A stretch of DNA of 64,000 nt. Source: a virus. Position 1 is the first letter of the stretch, and each line of letters starts with the position of its first letter. The stretch lies in the IMG/VR virus record IMGVR_UViG_3300009129_001089. One strand, 5' to 3'. The notes beneath the pieces were generated by a model, which saw only the letters and a program-made list of their open reading frames with translations, was not told where the DNA came from and searched no databases. Shown here in pieces: positions 19,478 to 28,635 of the stretch. Both the position numbers and the translations under genes were made by a program.

Positions 19478-21025
19478 TTATTCCCATTCTATTGTTCCTG
19501 GTGGCTTAGAAGTTATGTCGTAAACTACTCTATTTACTCCTGATACATTATTAATAATTTCAGTAGAACATTTACTAAGCACTTCATGTGGTAAATTAAA
19601 CCAATCAGCAGTCATACCATCTTCACTTGAGACTGCTCGTAATGCAATAAGATTTTCGTATGTTCTATCATCGCCCATTACACCTACTGTTTTAATAGGT
19701 ATCAAAACTGCAAATGCTTGCCAAATACCTTCGATATCACCTAACGTCTTTAAAAATACACTATCTGCCTCACGTAATATTCGTAATCTTTCATGTGTTA
19801 CTTCGCCCATTATTCGTACTGCTAGTCCTGGTCCGGGAAATGGCTGGCGGGTTAAAACAGTATCTGGCAACCCTAATTCTTTGCCCAATAATCTTACTTC
19901 ATCTTTAAATAAATTCCTAAGTGGTTCAATTAAAGTAAATTCCATATTGTCGGGTAATCCACCTACATTATGGTGCGACTTAATTGTTGCCGCTATATCT
20001 TTTCCTGATTCAATAACATCAGGATACAATGTACCTTGTGCTAAAAACTTTGCATCCTTTGTAACATCTTCAAAGCATCTAATAAATTCTCTTCCAATTA
20101 CTTTTCGTTTAACTTCCGGATCAGTAATGTTTTCTAATACTTTCCAAAACCTTTGTGTAAAATCATACTTTGTAATGTTTAATCCTAGCTCTTGCATGGA
20201 TTTCATTATTTCGTTTGCTTCGTTTTTACGAAGTAACCCTGTATCAATAAAAACACATTTTGACTGTTTACCTATTGCTTTGTGTAATAATTTTCCTACT
20301 ACTGCGGAATCAACTCCTCCACTAATTGCAGTTATAACTTCTCCATCACCTACTTGTTCTCTTATAGATTTAATAGCATCTTCAATAATATATTTTGAAA
20401 TCCAATCTTTATCACATTGTGCTACTTTAAATAAAAAGTTTCTAAATACATCTCTTCCAATAAGTGAATGTACTACTTCCGGATGAAATTGTACTCCGTA
20501 AATAGGTTTTTCTTTATGCTTAACCGCCGCTATAACATTGTTAGAAGATCTTGCTATAATATCAAATACTTTTGGTAATGTTTGTATTTCATCTGCATGA
20601 CTCATCCATACTTGGGCTCCTTCTATCCAATCTTTGTCACATTCTGCTAATAATGGATCTGGCTTTTCTACGTATATGTTTGCAAGTCCGTATTCGCCTG
20701 TGCCACGAATAATTTTTCCGCCTTCTTTGTGTACTATTTCTTGTAAGCCATAACATATACCTAAAATAGGAATACCTAAGTTTAAAATATCAGGATCTAA
20801 CTTAGGTGCTTCGGTTTCGTATACACCTGATCTGCTTCCTGATAATATTATTGCTTTAGCATTTTTTAATTCTTCTGCTTTAACAGACGGAGCATATATT
20901 TTGGAATAAACATTTTGTTCTCTAACTCTCCTGGCAATGAGTTGTGTATATTGGGCACCAAAATCTATTACTGCTACAGGATTATGTGTGTACTTTGCTC
21001 CAAAATCTATTACCGCGACTGTCAT
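19478..21025 (-). CDS. guaA: GMP synthase (glutamine-hydrolysing)
   Basis: GICYGLQ, QFHPEV, SGGVDS, QGTLYPDVIES, IKSHHNVGGLP, KPPGTIEWE. Confidence 0.97.
   Translation of the reverse strand: MTVAVIDFGAKYTHNPVAVIDFGAQYTQLIARRVREQNVYSKIYAPSVKAEELKNAKAIILSGSRSGVYETEAPKLDPDILNLGIPILGICYGLQEIVHKEGGKIIRGTGEYGLANIYVEKPDPLLAECDKDWIEGAQVWMSHADEIQTLPKVFDIIARSSNNVIAAVKHKEKPIYGVQFHPEVVHSLIGRDVFRNFLFKVAQCDKDWISKYIIEDAIKSIREQVGDGEVITAISGGVDSAVVGKLLHKAIGKQSKCVFIDTGLLRKNEANEIMKSMQELGLNITKYDFTQRFWKVLENITDPEVKRKVIGREFIRCFEDVTKDAKFLAQGTLYPDVIESGKDIAATIKSHHNVGGLPDNMEFTLIEPLRNLFKDEVRLLGKELGLPDTVLTRQPFPGPGLAVRIMGEVTHERLRILREADSVFLKTLGDIEGIWQAFAVLIPIKTVGVMGDDRTYENLIALRAVSSEDGMTADWFNLPHEVLSKCSTEIINNVSGVNRVVYDITSKPPGTIEWE
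20942..21019 (-). repeat. 42-nt-period tandem duplication at the guaA N-terminus
   Basis: VAVIDFGAKYTH-NP-VAVIDFGAQYTQ. Confidence 0.85.
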
Positions 21026-22191
21026 AATGCTTTATATCCAATATCCTTTCGATAAAAACTATCTTCCCAATGTATTTTTTCACATATTTGATATGCTTTA
21101 TTTCGTGCTTCTTGTAATGTTTCTCCTCTAGCAGTTATATTTAAAACTCTACCACCTTTTGTAATATATCTATCATCTATTTTTTGAGTACCTGCATGAA
21201 ACACTTGTACATCAGGATCATCTATTTTATCTAAACCTTTTATTTCAAATCCCTTACCATATTTTTCTGGATAACCTCCTGAACACATACAAACAGTTAT
21301 CGCAGATCCATTGTAAAAATTAGGTGCCGGTAACTCTTTTAATGTACCATTAACACATGCTTCTAAATATGGAGACAAATCACTCTCCATTAACATCATT
21401 AATACTTGACATTCAGGATCACCAAAACGTACATTGTATTCTATTACATATGGATCTCCATTGCAAATCATTAAACCAATATATAATACACCTCTGTAAG
21501 GGATACCTTCTTCTCGCATTCCCCTAAGTGTTGGTTCGATTATTTCTCTTCTAATTCTTGTGTCTAGTTCATTTGTTATTAATGGTGCTGGTGCGTATGC
21601 ACCCATTCCTCCTGTGTTAGGTCCAGTATCTCTTTCACCTACACGTTTATGATCTTGACAATAAGGAAGTACTTTATAATCTTTTCCATCTGTTAATACA
21701 AAACAACTTGCTTCGTCGCCTTGTATAAATTCTTCTATTAATATTTTATTTGATTTAGACTCAAATTTATTATCAATAAATGTTTGTTGAACATTAATAG
21801 CATCCTCTAATGCATCACAAACTGATACACCTTTTCCTCCGCATAATCCGTCCTCTTTAATAACAATAGGAAATTTTTCATTAGGACGCATTATTGCTTC
21901 TTCTATTGTTGATCGATTATATGTTTCCCATCTTGCAGTAGGAATATCATTACGAAGCATAAATTGTTTCGCCCATAATTTACTTGTTTCTAATCGACCC
22001 GCAAGTTTACTTGGAGCAAATACTTTTTTAAGCATACCTTCATAATGCTCAGTAAGTCCGTCTGCTATAGGTTGTTCTGGTCCTATAATAACAAATTCCG
22101 AATTTTCTTTAATCGGAATGCTTTCTTTTTCCAATTTCCAACGTAAGGAATCTTCTCTTCCTCCGTCGCCTATCATAATAGTCGAAATCAT
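21022..22191 (-). CDS. purD: Phosphoribosylamine-glycine ligase
   Basis: G.GGRE, IGPEQP, GL.GGKGV, QDHKR, GPNTGGMGAY, EYNVRFGDPE, FHAGT. Confidence 0.96.
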   Translation of the reverse strand: MISTIMIGDGGREDSLRWKLEKESIPIKENSEFVIIGPEQPIADGLTEHYEGMLKKVFAPSKLAGRLETSKLWAKQFMLRNDIPTARWETYNRSTIEEAIMRPNEKFPIVIKEDGLCGGKGVSVCDALEDAINVQQTFIDNKFESKSNKILIEEFIQGDEASCFVLTDGKDYKVLPYCQDHKRVGERDTGPNTGGMGAYAPAPLITNELDTRIRREIIEPTLRGMREEGIPYRGVLYIGLMICNGDPYVIEYNVRFGDPECQVLMMLMESDLSPYLEACVNGTLKELPAPNFYNGSAITVCMCSGGYPEKYGKGFEIKGLDKIDDPDVQVFHAGTQKIDDRYITKGGRVLNITARGETLQEARNKAYQICEKIHWEDSFYRKDIGYKAL

Positions 22192-23696
22192 GCTACCTGT
22201 TGTTTATATCTGAGTGTGCCTTCTTGTGTAGGATATTTAGATGTTAAACATGCCATACAAAGTTCACTACTATTTTTATTTAACGCTTTTACCATACCCT
22301 CTAACGACAAATATTGTAAACTATCTGCACCAAAATCGCTTGCTTTAGGTTTATTAGTACTTGTGTATAATTCTTTTATAGTTGGAAAATCTATTCCATA
22401 AAAACAAGGCGAAGTAATAGGAGGACATCCAATTCGTAAATGTACTTCTTTTGCTCCGCTCCATTCTTTTAAATTTGTTACTAATGCTCGCATTGTTGTA
22501 CCACGTACAATAGAATCATCTATAAGTATAATTTTTTTACCCCGTAATACCTCACGCAAATGTGTAAATTTTAATTGTATATTGTATGTTCTATTTGTAT
22601 TATCTATAAATGTTCTTCCTATAGAATGATTTTTAAGTAAGCCTTGTACAAAAGGTATATGGGTTTCTTGTGCATATTTTGCTCCTGCAACATACGAAGT
22701 TTCAGGTACAGGTACTACAATATAATCACCGTTAAATTTAACTGTTTCTTCTATTGCTAATTGTTTTCCTATATTTTCTCGTACATGATATACAGATTCG
22801 CCATCCATTACAGATGCAAGATGCCCAAAATAAATCCATTCAAAAAAACAATAACTAGTATTTTTTTTAGAATGTGTTTCTATTAATTTACTTGGACCAG
22901 AATAATATAAACTATTACTTGGATATTGTAAATCCTTATCTATATAACTTTTTACAGTAAAATTATCGCCATCAGCAATAATCATTTCACCGGGTTTCAA
23001 ATCTGTTGCTTCTATTTGTAAATTAGAGAGAACTACGCTTTCTGATGTAAAAACTAATATGCCATCATCAGTAACACCATAACACATAGGTTTTAGCCCT
23101 AGTGGATCTCTGACAGCAACCATTTTCCCGTCAGCATTTACAAAGGCAATGTTCCATGATCCGTCAAAATCTTTTAATAACGTTTTAAATATTTCAACAA
23201 AGTTTAATTCTTCTTGAGGCTTATGTGATTGGACTTCACGACTAAGAAAATGCATTATGACTTCTGTATCAGAATCATAAGTCATATTGTAACCTACTTT
23301 TTCTAAGCCACTTTTTAGTTTATCATAATTTGCTAGGTTGCCATTAAAGGCTAAACTAAACCATTTTGATTTTCTACCATGTGGACGTTCAAATGGTTGT
23401 GCTAATTGATCTCCATTATCACCACTTGTTGCATAACGAGTGTGACCTATTGCGGCATGACCACTATAATCTTCTAATAATTTTTTACTTTTATATTGAT
23501 GGTTGATTTGAAATACTTCGTGTACTTTACCATTGTCTTTATGTGTTTGGAGTATTCTCTTTCTATTTTGATTGTAAGAAGTAAGACCGGCACTAAGTTG
23601 ACCCCGGTGTTGTAAATCTAATAATCCTCTAACAATGAGGGGGTAAACGTTTTTGGTTTTATCCTTTAACGAATACGCCCCAATAACTCCACACAT
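22188..23696 (-). CDS. purF: Amidophosphoribosyltransferase, Fe-S type
   Basis: N-terminal MCG, LQHRGQ, GHTRYATSG, DDSIVRGTT; Cys motifs CFFE, CFYGID, CMAC. Confidence 0.96.
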   Translation of the reverse strand: MCGVIGAYSLKDKTKNVYPLIVRGLLDLQHRGQLSAGLTSYNQNRKRILQTHKDNGKVHEVFQINHQYKSKKLLEDYSGHAAIGHTRYATSGDNGDQLAQPFERPHGRKSKWFSLAFNGNLANYDKLKSGLEKVGYNMTYDSDTEVIMHFLSREVQSHKPQEELNFVEIFKTLLKDFDGSWNIAFVNADGKMVAVRDPLGLKPMCYGVTDDGILVFTSESVVLSNLQIEATDLKPGEMIIADGDNFTVKSYIDKDLQYPSNSLYYSGPSKLIETHSKKNTSYCFFEWIYFGHLASVMDGESVYHVRENIGKQLAIEETVKFNGDYIVVPVPETSYVAGAKYAQETHIPFVQGLLKNHSIGRTFIDNTNRTYNIQLKFTHLREVLRGKKIILIDDSIVRGTTMRALVTNLKEWSGAKEVHLRIGCPPITSPCFYGIDFPTIKELYTSTNKPKASDFGADSLQYLSLEGMVKALNKNSSELCMACLTSKYPTQEGTLRYKQQVA

Positions 23697-24929
23697 TTAA
23701 AATTGCTCGTCTTCTGTTGACCCTTTAATTGCACTTAATGTATTACTACCAGTACATACTTGACTTATTTCGTCAAAGTAACCTGCACCTACTTCACGTT
23801 GGTGTTTTACTGCTGTAAATCCTAATTCTTGTGCTTTAAATTCTTTTTGTTGTAAATCTACAAATCCTGTCATACCAGTATTTTTATAATTTAAAGATAA
23901 ATCAAACATACTATAATTTAAACTATGAAAACCTGCGAGTGTAATAAACTGATATGTTACTCCTAGTTCGCCTAGTTCATCTTTGAAATTGCGTATTTCA
24001 GTATCGCTTAATTTTGACTTCCAATTAAATGATGGTGAACAATTATATGCAAACATTTTATTTGGAAACTCCTTACGAATTTCTGCACAAAATTCCCTGC
24101 ATTCGCCTATGTCGGGTAAAGATGTTTCCATCCAAAGCAAATCACAGTAAGGCGCATATGCAAGTCCTCTTGAAACCGCTTGTGCCATTCCTGCATTTGT
24201 TTTATAAAATCCTTCGGTTGTTCTTTCACCTGTAATAAACGTATGATCATATTCGTCAGCATCAGTTACTAACAATGCACCTGCTAATGAATCTGTTCTT
24301 GCAATTAAAACAGTATCAACGCCCATTATATCTGCGGCAAGTCTAGAAGCAATAAGTTTTGATACCATTTCTTTAGTAGGTACTAACACTTTACCACCCA
24401 TGTGTCCGCATTTTTTAGCAGAAGATAATTGGTCTTCTAAATGCACACCGGCGGCACCGGCTTCAATCATGTCTTTCATTAATTCATGGGCATTAAGGAC
24501 TCCTCCGAATCCTGATTCCATGTCTGCAACAATAGGAAGAAAATAATCTATATCTCCTTCACCTTCCATTGTTTGTATTTGATCTGCACGGATAAACGTA
24601 TTATTAATTCGTTTTACTACGATTGGTACACTATTGGCCGCATATAATGATTGATCTGGATACATCTCCATACTATCATTTGCATCGCCTGCTACTTGCC
24701 AACCACTAAGATATACCGAATCTAACCCAGCCTTTGCTTGTTGCATTGCTTGGTTACCTGTTAATGCACCTAAGGCACTAACGTAAGGTTGATTGTGTAA
24801 TTTGTGCCATAACTTTTTAGCACCATTTTGTGCTAATGTATATTCAACTTTAACTGACCCACTTAGTCGCTTTACGTCTGAGTCGGCATATGGTCGGATA
24901 ATCCCGTCCCATCTATTTTCTTTGCTCAA
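23697..24929 (-). CDS. aceA: Isocitrate lyase
   Basis: [11 protein letters not shown] signature, [45 protein letters not shown]; TTG start after AAGGAG. Confidence 0.96.
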   Translation of the reverse strand: MSKENRWDGIIRPYADSDVKRLSGSVKVEYTLAQNGAKKLWHKLHNQPYVSALGALTGNQAMQQAKAGLDSVYLSGWQVAGDANDSMEMYPDQSLYAANSVPIVVKRINNTFIRADQIQTMEGEGDIDYFLPIVADMESGFGGVLNAHELMKDMIEAGAAGVHLEDQLSSAKKCGHMGGKVLVPTKEMVSKLIASRLAADIMGVDTVLIARTDSLAGALLVTDADEYDHTFITGERTTEGFYKTNAGMAQAVSRGLAYAPYCDLLWMETSLPDIGECREFCAEIRKEFPNKMFAYNCSPSFNWKSKLSDTEIRNFKDELGELGVTYQFITLAGFHSLNYSMFDLSLNYKNTGMTGFVDLQQKEFKAQELGFTAVKHQREVGAGYFDEISQVCTGSNTLSAIKGSTEDEQF

Positions 24930-24940
24930 TTTTTATCTCC

Positions 24941-25783
24941 TTAAAATTTGCTTGTATACTCTGTCACGATAGCATACTTTCGTTGAACATCAGTTAAATT
25001 TTCTCCGTCTCTAAATGATTGTTTATCTAATTGTTGTTTTGGATCGCCATGTGGCCATATACGCCAACTATCATTATCTATAACGTCTGCAATAACAATT
25101 TCTTTATTTGAATTAATACCTACTTCTATTTTCATATCTATTAAATCTACATTAACTTTTTTCCATGCTTTTTCTATTGTTTCAAAACATGGTATCATTA
25201 ATGAATTTCTAATATATTCTAATGTTACAGGATCTACTACAGGTATTATGTCCATTAATGGTTGCATATCATGTCGTGGTTGCTTAGGAGGATAAAGTAA
25301 CCACGTTTCATCATGTGGTTCTATTAAAGGGTCTGTGTATACAGTTTCTGTCCATTCTCCGTTTCGTAGGTATAATTCTCGAGCTTTATCTTCAGAAATC
25401 ATTTCACCTTTAACTATTGCATGTTTATGAAAAAATTCAGTTTTTACAGGATCAAATAAATCTGAAGAGGATGCTTGAGGTTCTCGTTTAATATAACTAC
25501 CATATGGCCTTCTACGTATAACACATTCAATAGGAATCATTCTACATTTATCTGCAACAAATGATGTTTCGTCATTTCTGCTTTTATATGCAACTGGTAT
25601 TCCTTCACGTTTCAGTAACGCAAATACATGAATTGTCTGGCTTGTTTTATCTTGTGCTACAGGTAGGTCTGCTTGTATTGCGGCATCATTTGCCGTAAGT
25701 GAATCTTTTGTTCGTATTCTAACTAAACTTTTATCATCTAAGGATTCTATTAGTTTAGTTTTACCTTCAATTAGTATTTCCAT
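24941..25783 (-). CDS. purC: SAICAR synthetase
   Basis: EGKTK, KDSLTA, IPIECVIRR..YGSY, LIDMKIE.G, ADVIDNDSWRIW, LDKQSFRD. Confidence 0.92.
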   Translation of the reverse strand: MEILIEGKTKLIESLDDKSLVRIRTKDSLTANDAAIQADLPVAQDKTSQTIHVFALLKREGIPVAYKSRNDETSFVADKCRMIPIECVIRRRPYGSYIKREPQASSSDLFDPVKTEFFHKHAIVKGEMISEDKARELYLRNGEWTETVYTDPLIEPHDETWLLYPPKQPRHDMQPLMDIIPVVDPVTLEYIRNSLMIPCFETIEKAWKKVNVDLIDMKIEVGINSNKEIVIADVIDNDSWRIWPHGDPKQQLDKQSFRDGENLTDVQRKYAIVTEYTSKF

Positions 25784-25982
25784 GTCCGTCTTGTTTTATT
25801 GACACATGATACCCTTGATCAAAAAGACTTTTTGCAAGGTTCTGTGCTTCTTTTAAAGTTTGACAAAATCTTTTTCTAACGTCCTTGGGATCAGGCGGAA
25901 TCCATTTTGCCTGCTCTTTCATTTGGGCATGATTATTGTTTCTATTATCGTTATACTTAAAATATTCTACCCAAATATTCAT
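25767..25982 (-). CDS. Hypothetical protein
   Basis: 71-aa ORF. Confidence 0.45.
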   Translation of the reverse strand: MNIWVEYFKYNDNRNNNHAQMKEQAKWIPPDPKDVRKRFCQTLKEAQNLAKSLFDQGYHVSIKQDGHGNTN

Positions 25983-25990
25983 ATTATATC

Positions 25991-26410
25991 CTAAATAAAT
26001 TTCGGATCACCGTAGTCGACAAGACCTGACCAATGTGCTTTTGTCGAAAATGTAGGTTTTAATTCATGTTCTCTATCCATTAACGTATATGCAACTTTTT
26101 CAGGTTCCATTATGTTTAGGTGTTGCAAAACGTCATGTTTACTAAACTCTGCACAACTATATACATCAAATTGTACTAATGCTGGATCTGTTTCATCCCA
26201 TATGTGAATAGCAATATGTGATGTTTCAATCATTACAAATCCTGTAATTCCTCTATTTCCACATACATCAATGTAACTAGCGAAAGGCCCTTTGATAATT
26301 TTCATATCAATTAATTTAACTAGTTGTTTAAGCCATTTCTTTAATACTTTTTCTTCTTTAATTGGTTTAGTAACTTCAGCTCGAACCAATAAATGTTTGT
26401 GTACCGGCAT
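25991..26410 (-). CDS. speD: S-adenosylmethionine decarboxylase proenzyme-like
   Basis: HKHLL, G.TG...IETSHIAIHIWDE, FDVYSC. Confidence 0.8.
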   Translation of the reverse strand: MPVHKHLLVRAEVTKPIKEEKVLKKWLKQLVKLIDMKIIKGPFASYIDVCGNRGITGFVMIETSHIAIHIWDETDPALVQFDVYSCAEFSKHDVLQHLNIMEPEKVAYTLMDREHELKPTFSTKAHWSGLVDYGDPKFI

Positions 26411-26578
26411 TCATATTACCTCTCTGCTGGGTGAATCGGATTATGTAAATATTTCATAGGTTCCCGATTATGTTCTTCATTTATTATTTGTTCTAACTTT
26501 TCTCTTAAAGATTTGTCTCTTTCTTTGTATTCTTCGTAGTTTTTTTCTATTGCTTCCATGTAAAGTTGGACAACAGAA

Positions 26579-26800
26579 TTACTCACTGTTTAACTCCTTT
26601 TCACATTCACTATCTAGTAGGCCACCAGAACAATTCTTCCACGATGGTTTTGTATCGCACATACCAGTTTTGTATTCGCATTTGTAATGAGTCTTTTTGT
26701 ATCTTTGTCTCTCTTTCTCTTTGTTGATTGATATAATTATACCACTCGTAAGAACAACAAGAGAAACTATACCAAGCACCCATTTAGTTACGTCTCCCAC
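26579..26800 (-). CDS. Small membrane-anchored Cys-rich protein
   Basis: N-terminal TM helix and 4 Cys. Confidence 0.45.
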   Translation of the reverse strand: MGDVTKWVLGIVSLVVLTSGIIISINKEKERQRYKKTHYKCEYKTGMCDTKPSWKNCSGGLLDSECEKELNSE

Positions 26801-26808
26801 ATATTACC

Positions 26809-27006
26809 TCATAGCCATATAGCCGGATCATATTTACATCCTCTGCATTTTCGTGGCACCCATGCTTCTTTAACAGGATCATATTTTTGTGTTTTCGATT
26901 TTCCATTTAATAACCAAGGATAAAGCCCTGTTCTTTTTTTATGCGTTGAATCTGTTGAACACGAAAACATTAACATACCTAATAGAAAGACTGTTAAAAG
27001 TTTCAT
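26809..27006 (-). CDS. Putative small lipoprotein
   Basis: Signal-like MKLLTVFLLGMLMFSC. Confidence 0.45.
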   Translation of the reverse strand: MKLLTVFLLGMLMFSCSTDSTHKKRTGLYPWLLNGKSKTQKYDPVKEAWVPRKCRGCKYDPAIWL

Positions 27007-27022
27007 CTTAACAGTATTTATT

Positions 27023-27099
27023 TGGTAGGCATGGTTGGACTCGAACCAACGACTTCCACCGTATCAGAGTGGCGTTCTAACCAGCTGAACTACACGCCT
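27023..27099 (-). tRNA. tRNA-Ile(GAU)
   Basis: AGGCGTG...CCACT CTGATAC GGTGG...TTCGAGT...CATGCCT A CCA. Confidence 0.95.
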
Positions 27100-27101
27100 A
27101 T

Positions 27102-27178
27102 TGGGTCGACAGACGAGGCTCGAACTCGCAACCTTTGGAACCACAATCCAATGCTCTACCAATTGAGCTACTGTCAAC
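27102..27178 (-). tRNA. tRNA-His(GUG)
   Basis: Encoded G-1 opposite C73; TTGGA TTGTGGT TCCAA; CCA end. Confidence 0.95.
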
Positions 27179-27184
27179 AATAAA

Positions 27185-27261
27185 TGGTAGACGAGATGGG
27201 ATTTGAACCCATGACCTGAACCTTATAAGAATCCTGCTCTAACCAACTGAGCTACTCGTCT
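27185..27261 (-). tRNA. tRNA-Ile(UAU)
   Basis: AGACGAG...GGATT CTTATAA GGTTC...ATGGG TTCAAAT CCCAT CTCGTCT A CCA. Confidence 0.88.
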
Positions 27262-27268
27262 TCAACAC

Positions 27269-27345
27269 TGGCTCCCCGGGCTGGACTCGAACCAGCGACC
27301 CACAGATTAACAGTCTGTTGCTACTACCAACTGAGCTACCGAGGA
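27269..27345 (-). tRNA. tRNA-Asn(GUU)
   Basis: TCCTCGG...ACAGA CTGTTAA TCTGT...CCGGGGA G CCA. Confidence 0.95.
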
Positions 27346-27365
27346 ATAATTAAATATATTGCTAG

Positions 27366-27442
27366 TGGCGGTCCCAACGGGATTCGAACCCGTGTTGCCG
27401 GCGTGACAGGCCGGTGTCCTAGGCCGACTAGACGATGGGACC
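27366..27442 (-). tRNA. tRNA-Asp(GUC) with a Glu-like body
   Basis: GGTCCCA TC GTCTAG...AGGAC A CCGGC CTGTCAC GCCGG CAAC ACGGG TTCGAAT CCCGT TGGGACC G CCA. Confidence 0.92.
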
Positions 27443-27447
27443 AAATC

Positions 27448-27524
27448 TGGTAGGGATGACTGGATTCGAACCAGCGACCTCTACATCCCAAATGTAGCGT
27501 TCTCCCAGACTGAACTACATCCCT
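27448..27524 (-). tRNA. tRNA-Pro(UGG)
   Basis: AGGGATG...CTACA TTTGGGA TGTAG...CATCCCT A CCA. Confidence 0.94.
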
Positions 27525-28117
27525 GGATAAACAAAGAATGTGACTGTCAATCTATCAGTTCCTGCGCCTTCGGCACTATGTACCAATTTTGCATTATACA
27601 TAATCATTCTATTAAATTTATTTTCAATTATACTAGTTTTTTCAAAACTAGTTTTATCTATCATATTAACATTTGTTGGCATTTCTGTGCTTCCGTCCCA
27701 GCCTGTTTCTTTATGCTTATAAAAACAAGTACCTGTATCAGGAGCAGGATTATTATCTAAATAAATTACACCTGCTAGAACTGGATTACCATCTTGATGT
27801 ATATTTCGTTCATCATTTTTTGTTTGTCGTTGAAACAATGCATTTATAGTTATATTATCATTTGGTATTAATGCTAATATTTTTTTTTGAAATTCTTTAT
27901 ATATTTTAGGTAAAATATTTTCACATAATAATGATCGTTGTCCTGGAAATGTCATTCCTATTTTAAGAATTTCTAATATTTTATTATCATTATCTTCGTC
28001 TATTGTTGCTGTATTACTCAACTGATCGCAATAATAAAAATCTTGTTTTAATGCTTCTTCTCTAACATTATTAGGGTCATCAAAAAAATTATCATATACA
28101 GTAATAATATTTTTCAT
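27515..28117 (-). CDS. 2OG-Fe(II) oxygenase-like (DUF6445-like); stop codon lies inside tRNA-Pro
   Basis: DNFFDDP..VR..AL, FPGQRS, IHQD, AGVIYL, GT.FY.HKETG, NKFNRMIMY...HSA...RLT. Confidence 0.75.
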   Translation of the reverse strand: MKNIITVYDNFFDDPNNVREEALKQDFYYCDQLSNTATIDEDNDNKILEILKIGMTFPGQRSLLCENILPKIYKEFQKKILALIPNDNITINALFQRQTKNDERNIHQDGNPVLAGVIYLDNNPAPDTGTCFYKHKETGWDGSTEMPTNVNMIDKTSFEKTSIIENKFNRMIMYNAKLVHSAEGAGTDRLTVTFFVYPGM

Positions 28118-28635
28118 TTGTACACACCTAATATTAAAGTTAATCTTTCATTACCTGCTTCCTCTGCTCTATGTACAAGGTTACCGTTATACATAATCAT
28201 TCTATTAAATTTATTTTCTATTACACTTGTTCTGTTAAAATCGGACCCTATTAAAACTTCTATACTATCTGGTTTTTTGGTACTACCATCCCATCCTGTT
28301 TCTTTATGAGTATAAAAACCTGTACCACTATTTGGCATAGGAGTTTCATCTAAATATACTATACATGTTAAAAATGTATCAACGTCTTGATGTATTTTTC
28401 TATAATCATTTTTTCCTTGTTTTTGAAACCTAGCAGTTATTGTTGAATTTTTAGGTATTAATGGTTCTAAGGACAATTTTAATTCTCTATACATCTCTGG
28501 TAAAATATTTTTACATTGGTCTGTTCGTATTCCAGGATAATTTCCTAATTGATCAAAGGTTTGTTCTAATGCTTTCTTTCGAATTTCGTTGGGATGCATA
28601 AAAAAATCATCGTATACTATTAATCTATAATCCAT
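28114..28635 (-). CDS. 2OG-Fe(II) oxygenase-like (DUF6445-like), tandem paralog
   Basis: YPGIRT, IHQD, GTGFYTHKETGWDG, NKFNRMIMY...HRA...RLT. Confidence 0.75.
   Translation of the reverse strand: MDYRLIVYDDFFMHPNEIRKKALEQTFDQLGNYPGIRTDQCKNILPEMYRELKLSLEPLIPKNSTITARFQKQGKNDYRKIHQDVDTFLTCIVYLDETPMPNSGTGFYTHKETGWDGSTKKPDSIEVLIGSDFNRTSVIENKFNRMIMYNGNLVHRAEEAGNERLTLILGVYK

Noticed and set aside
10430-25783. Bacterial chromosome origin of the purine cluster
   Set aside because: The pur genes are trimmed and interleaved with phage-type genes, with uniform strand and composition continuing into virion genes; a phage origin is more likely but needs the whole contig
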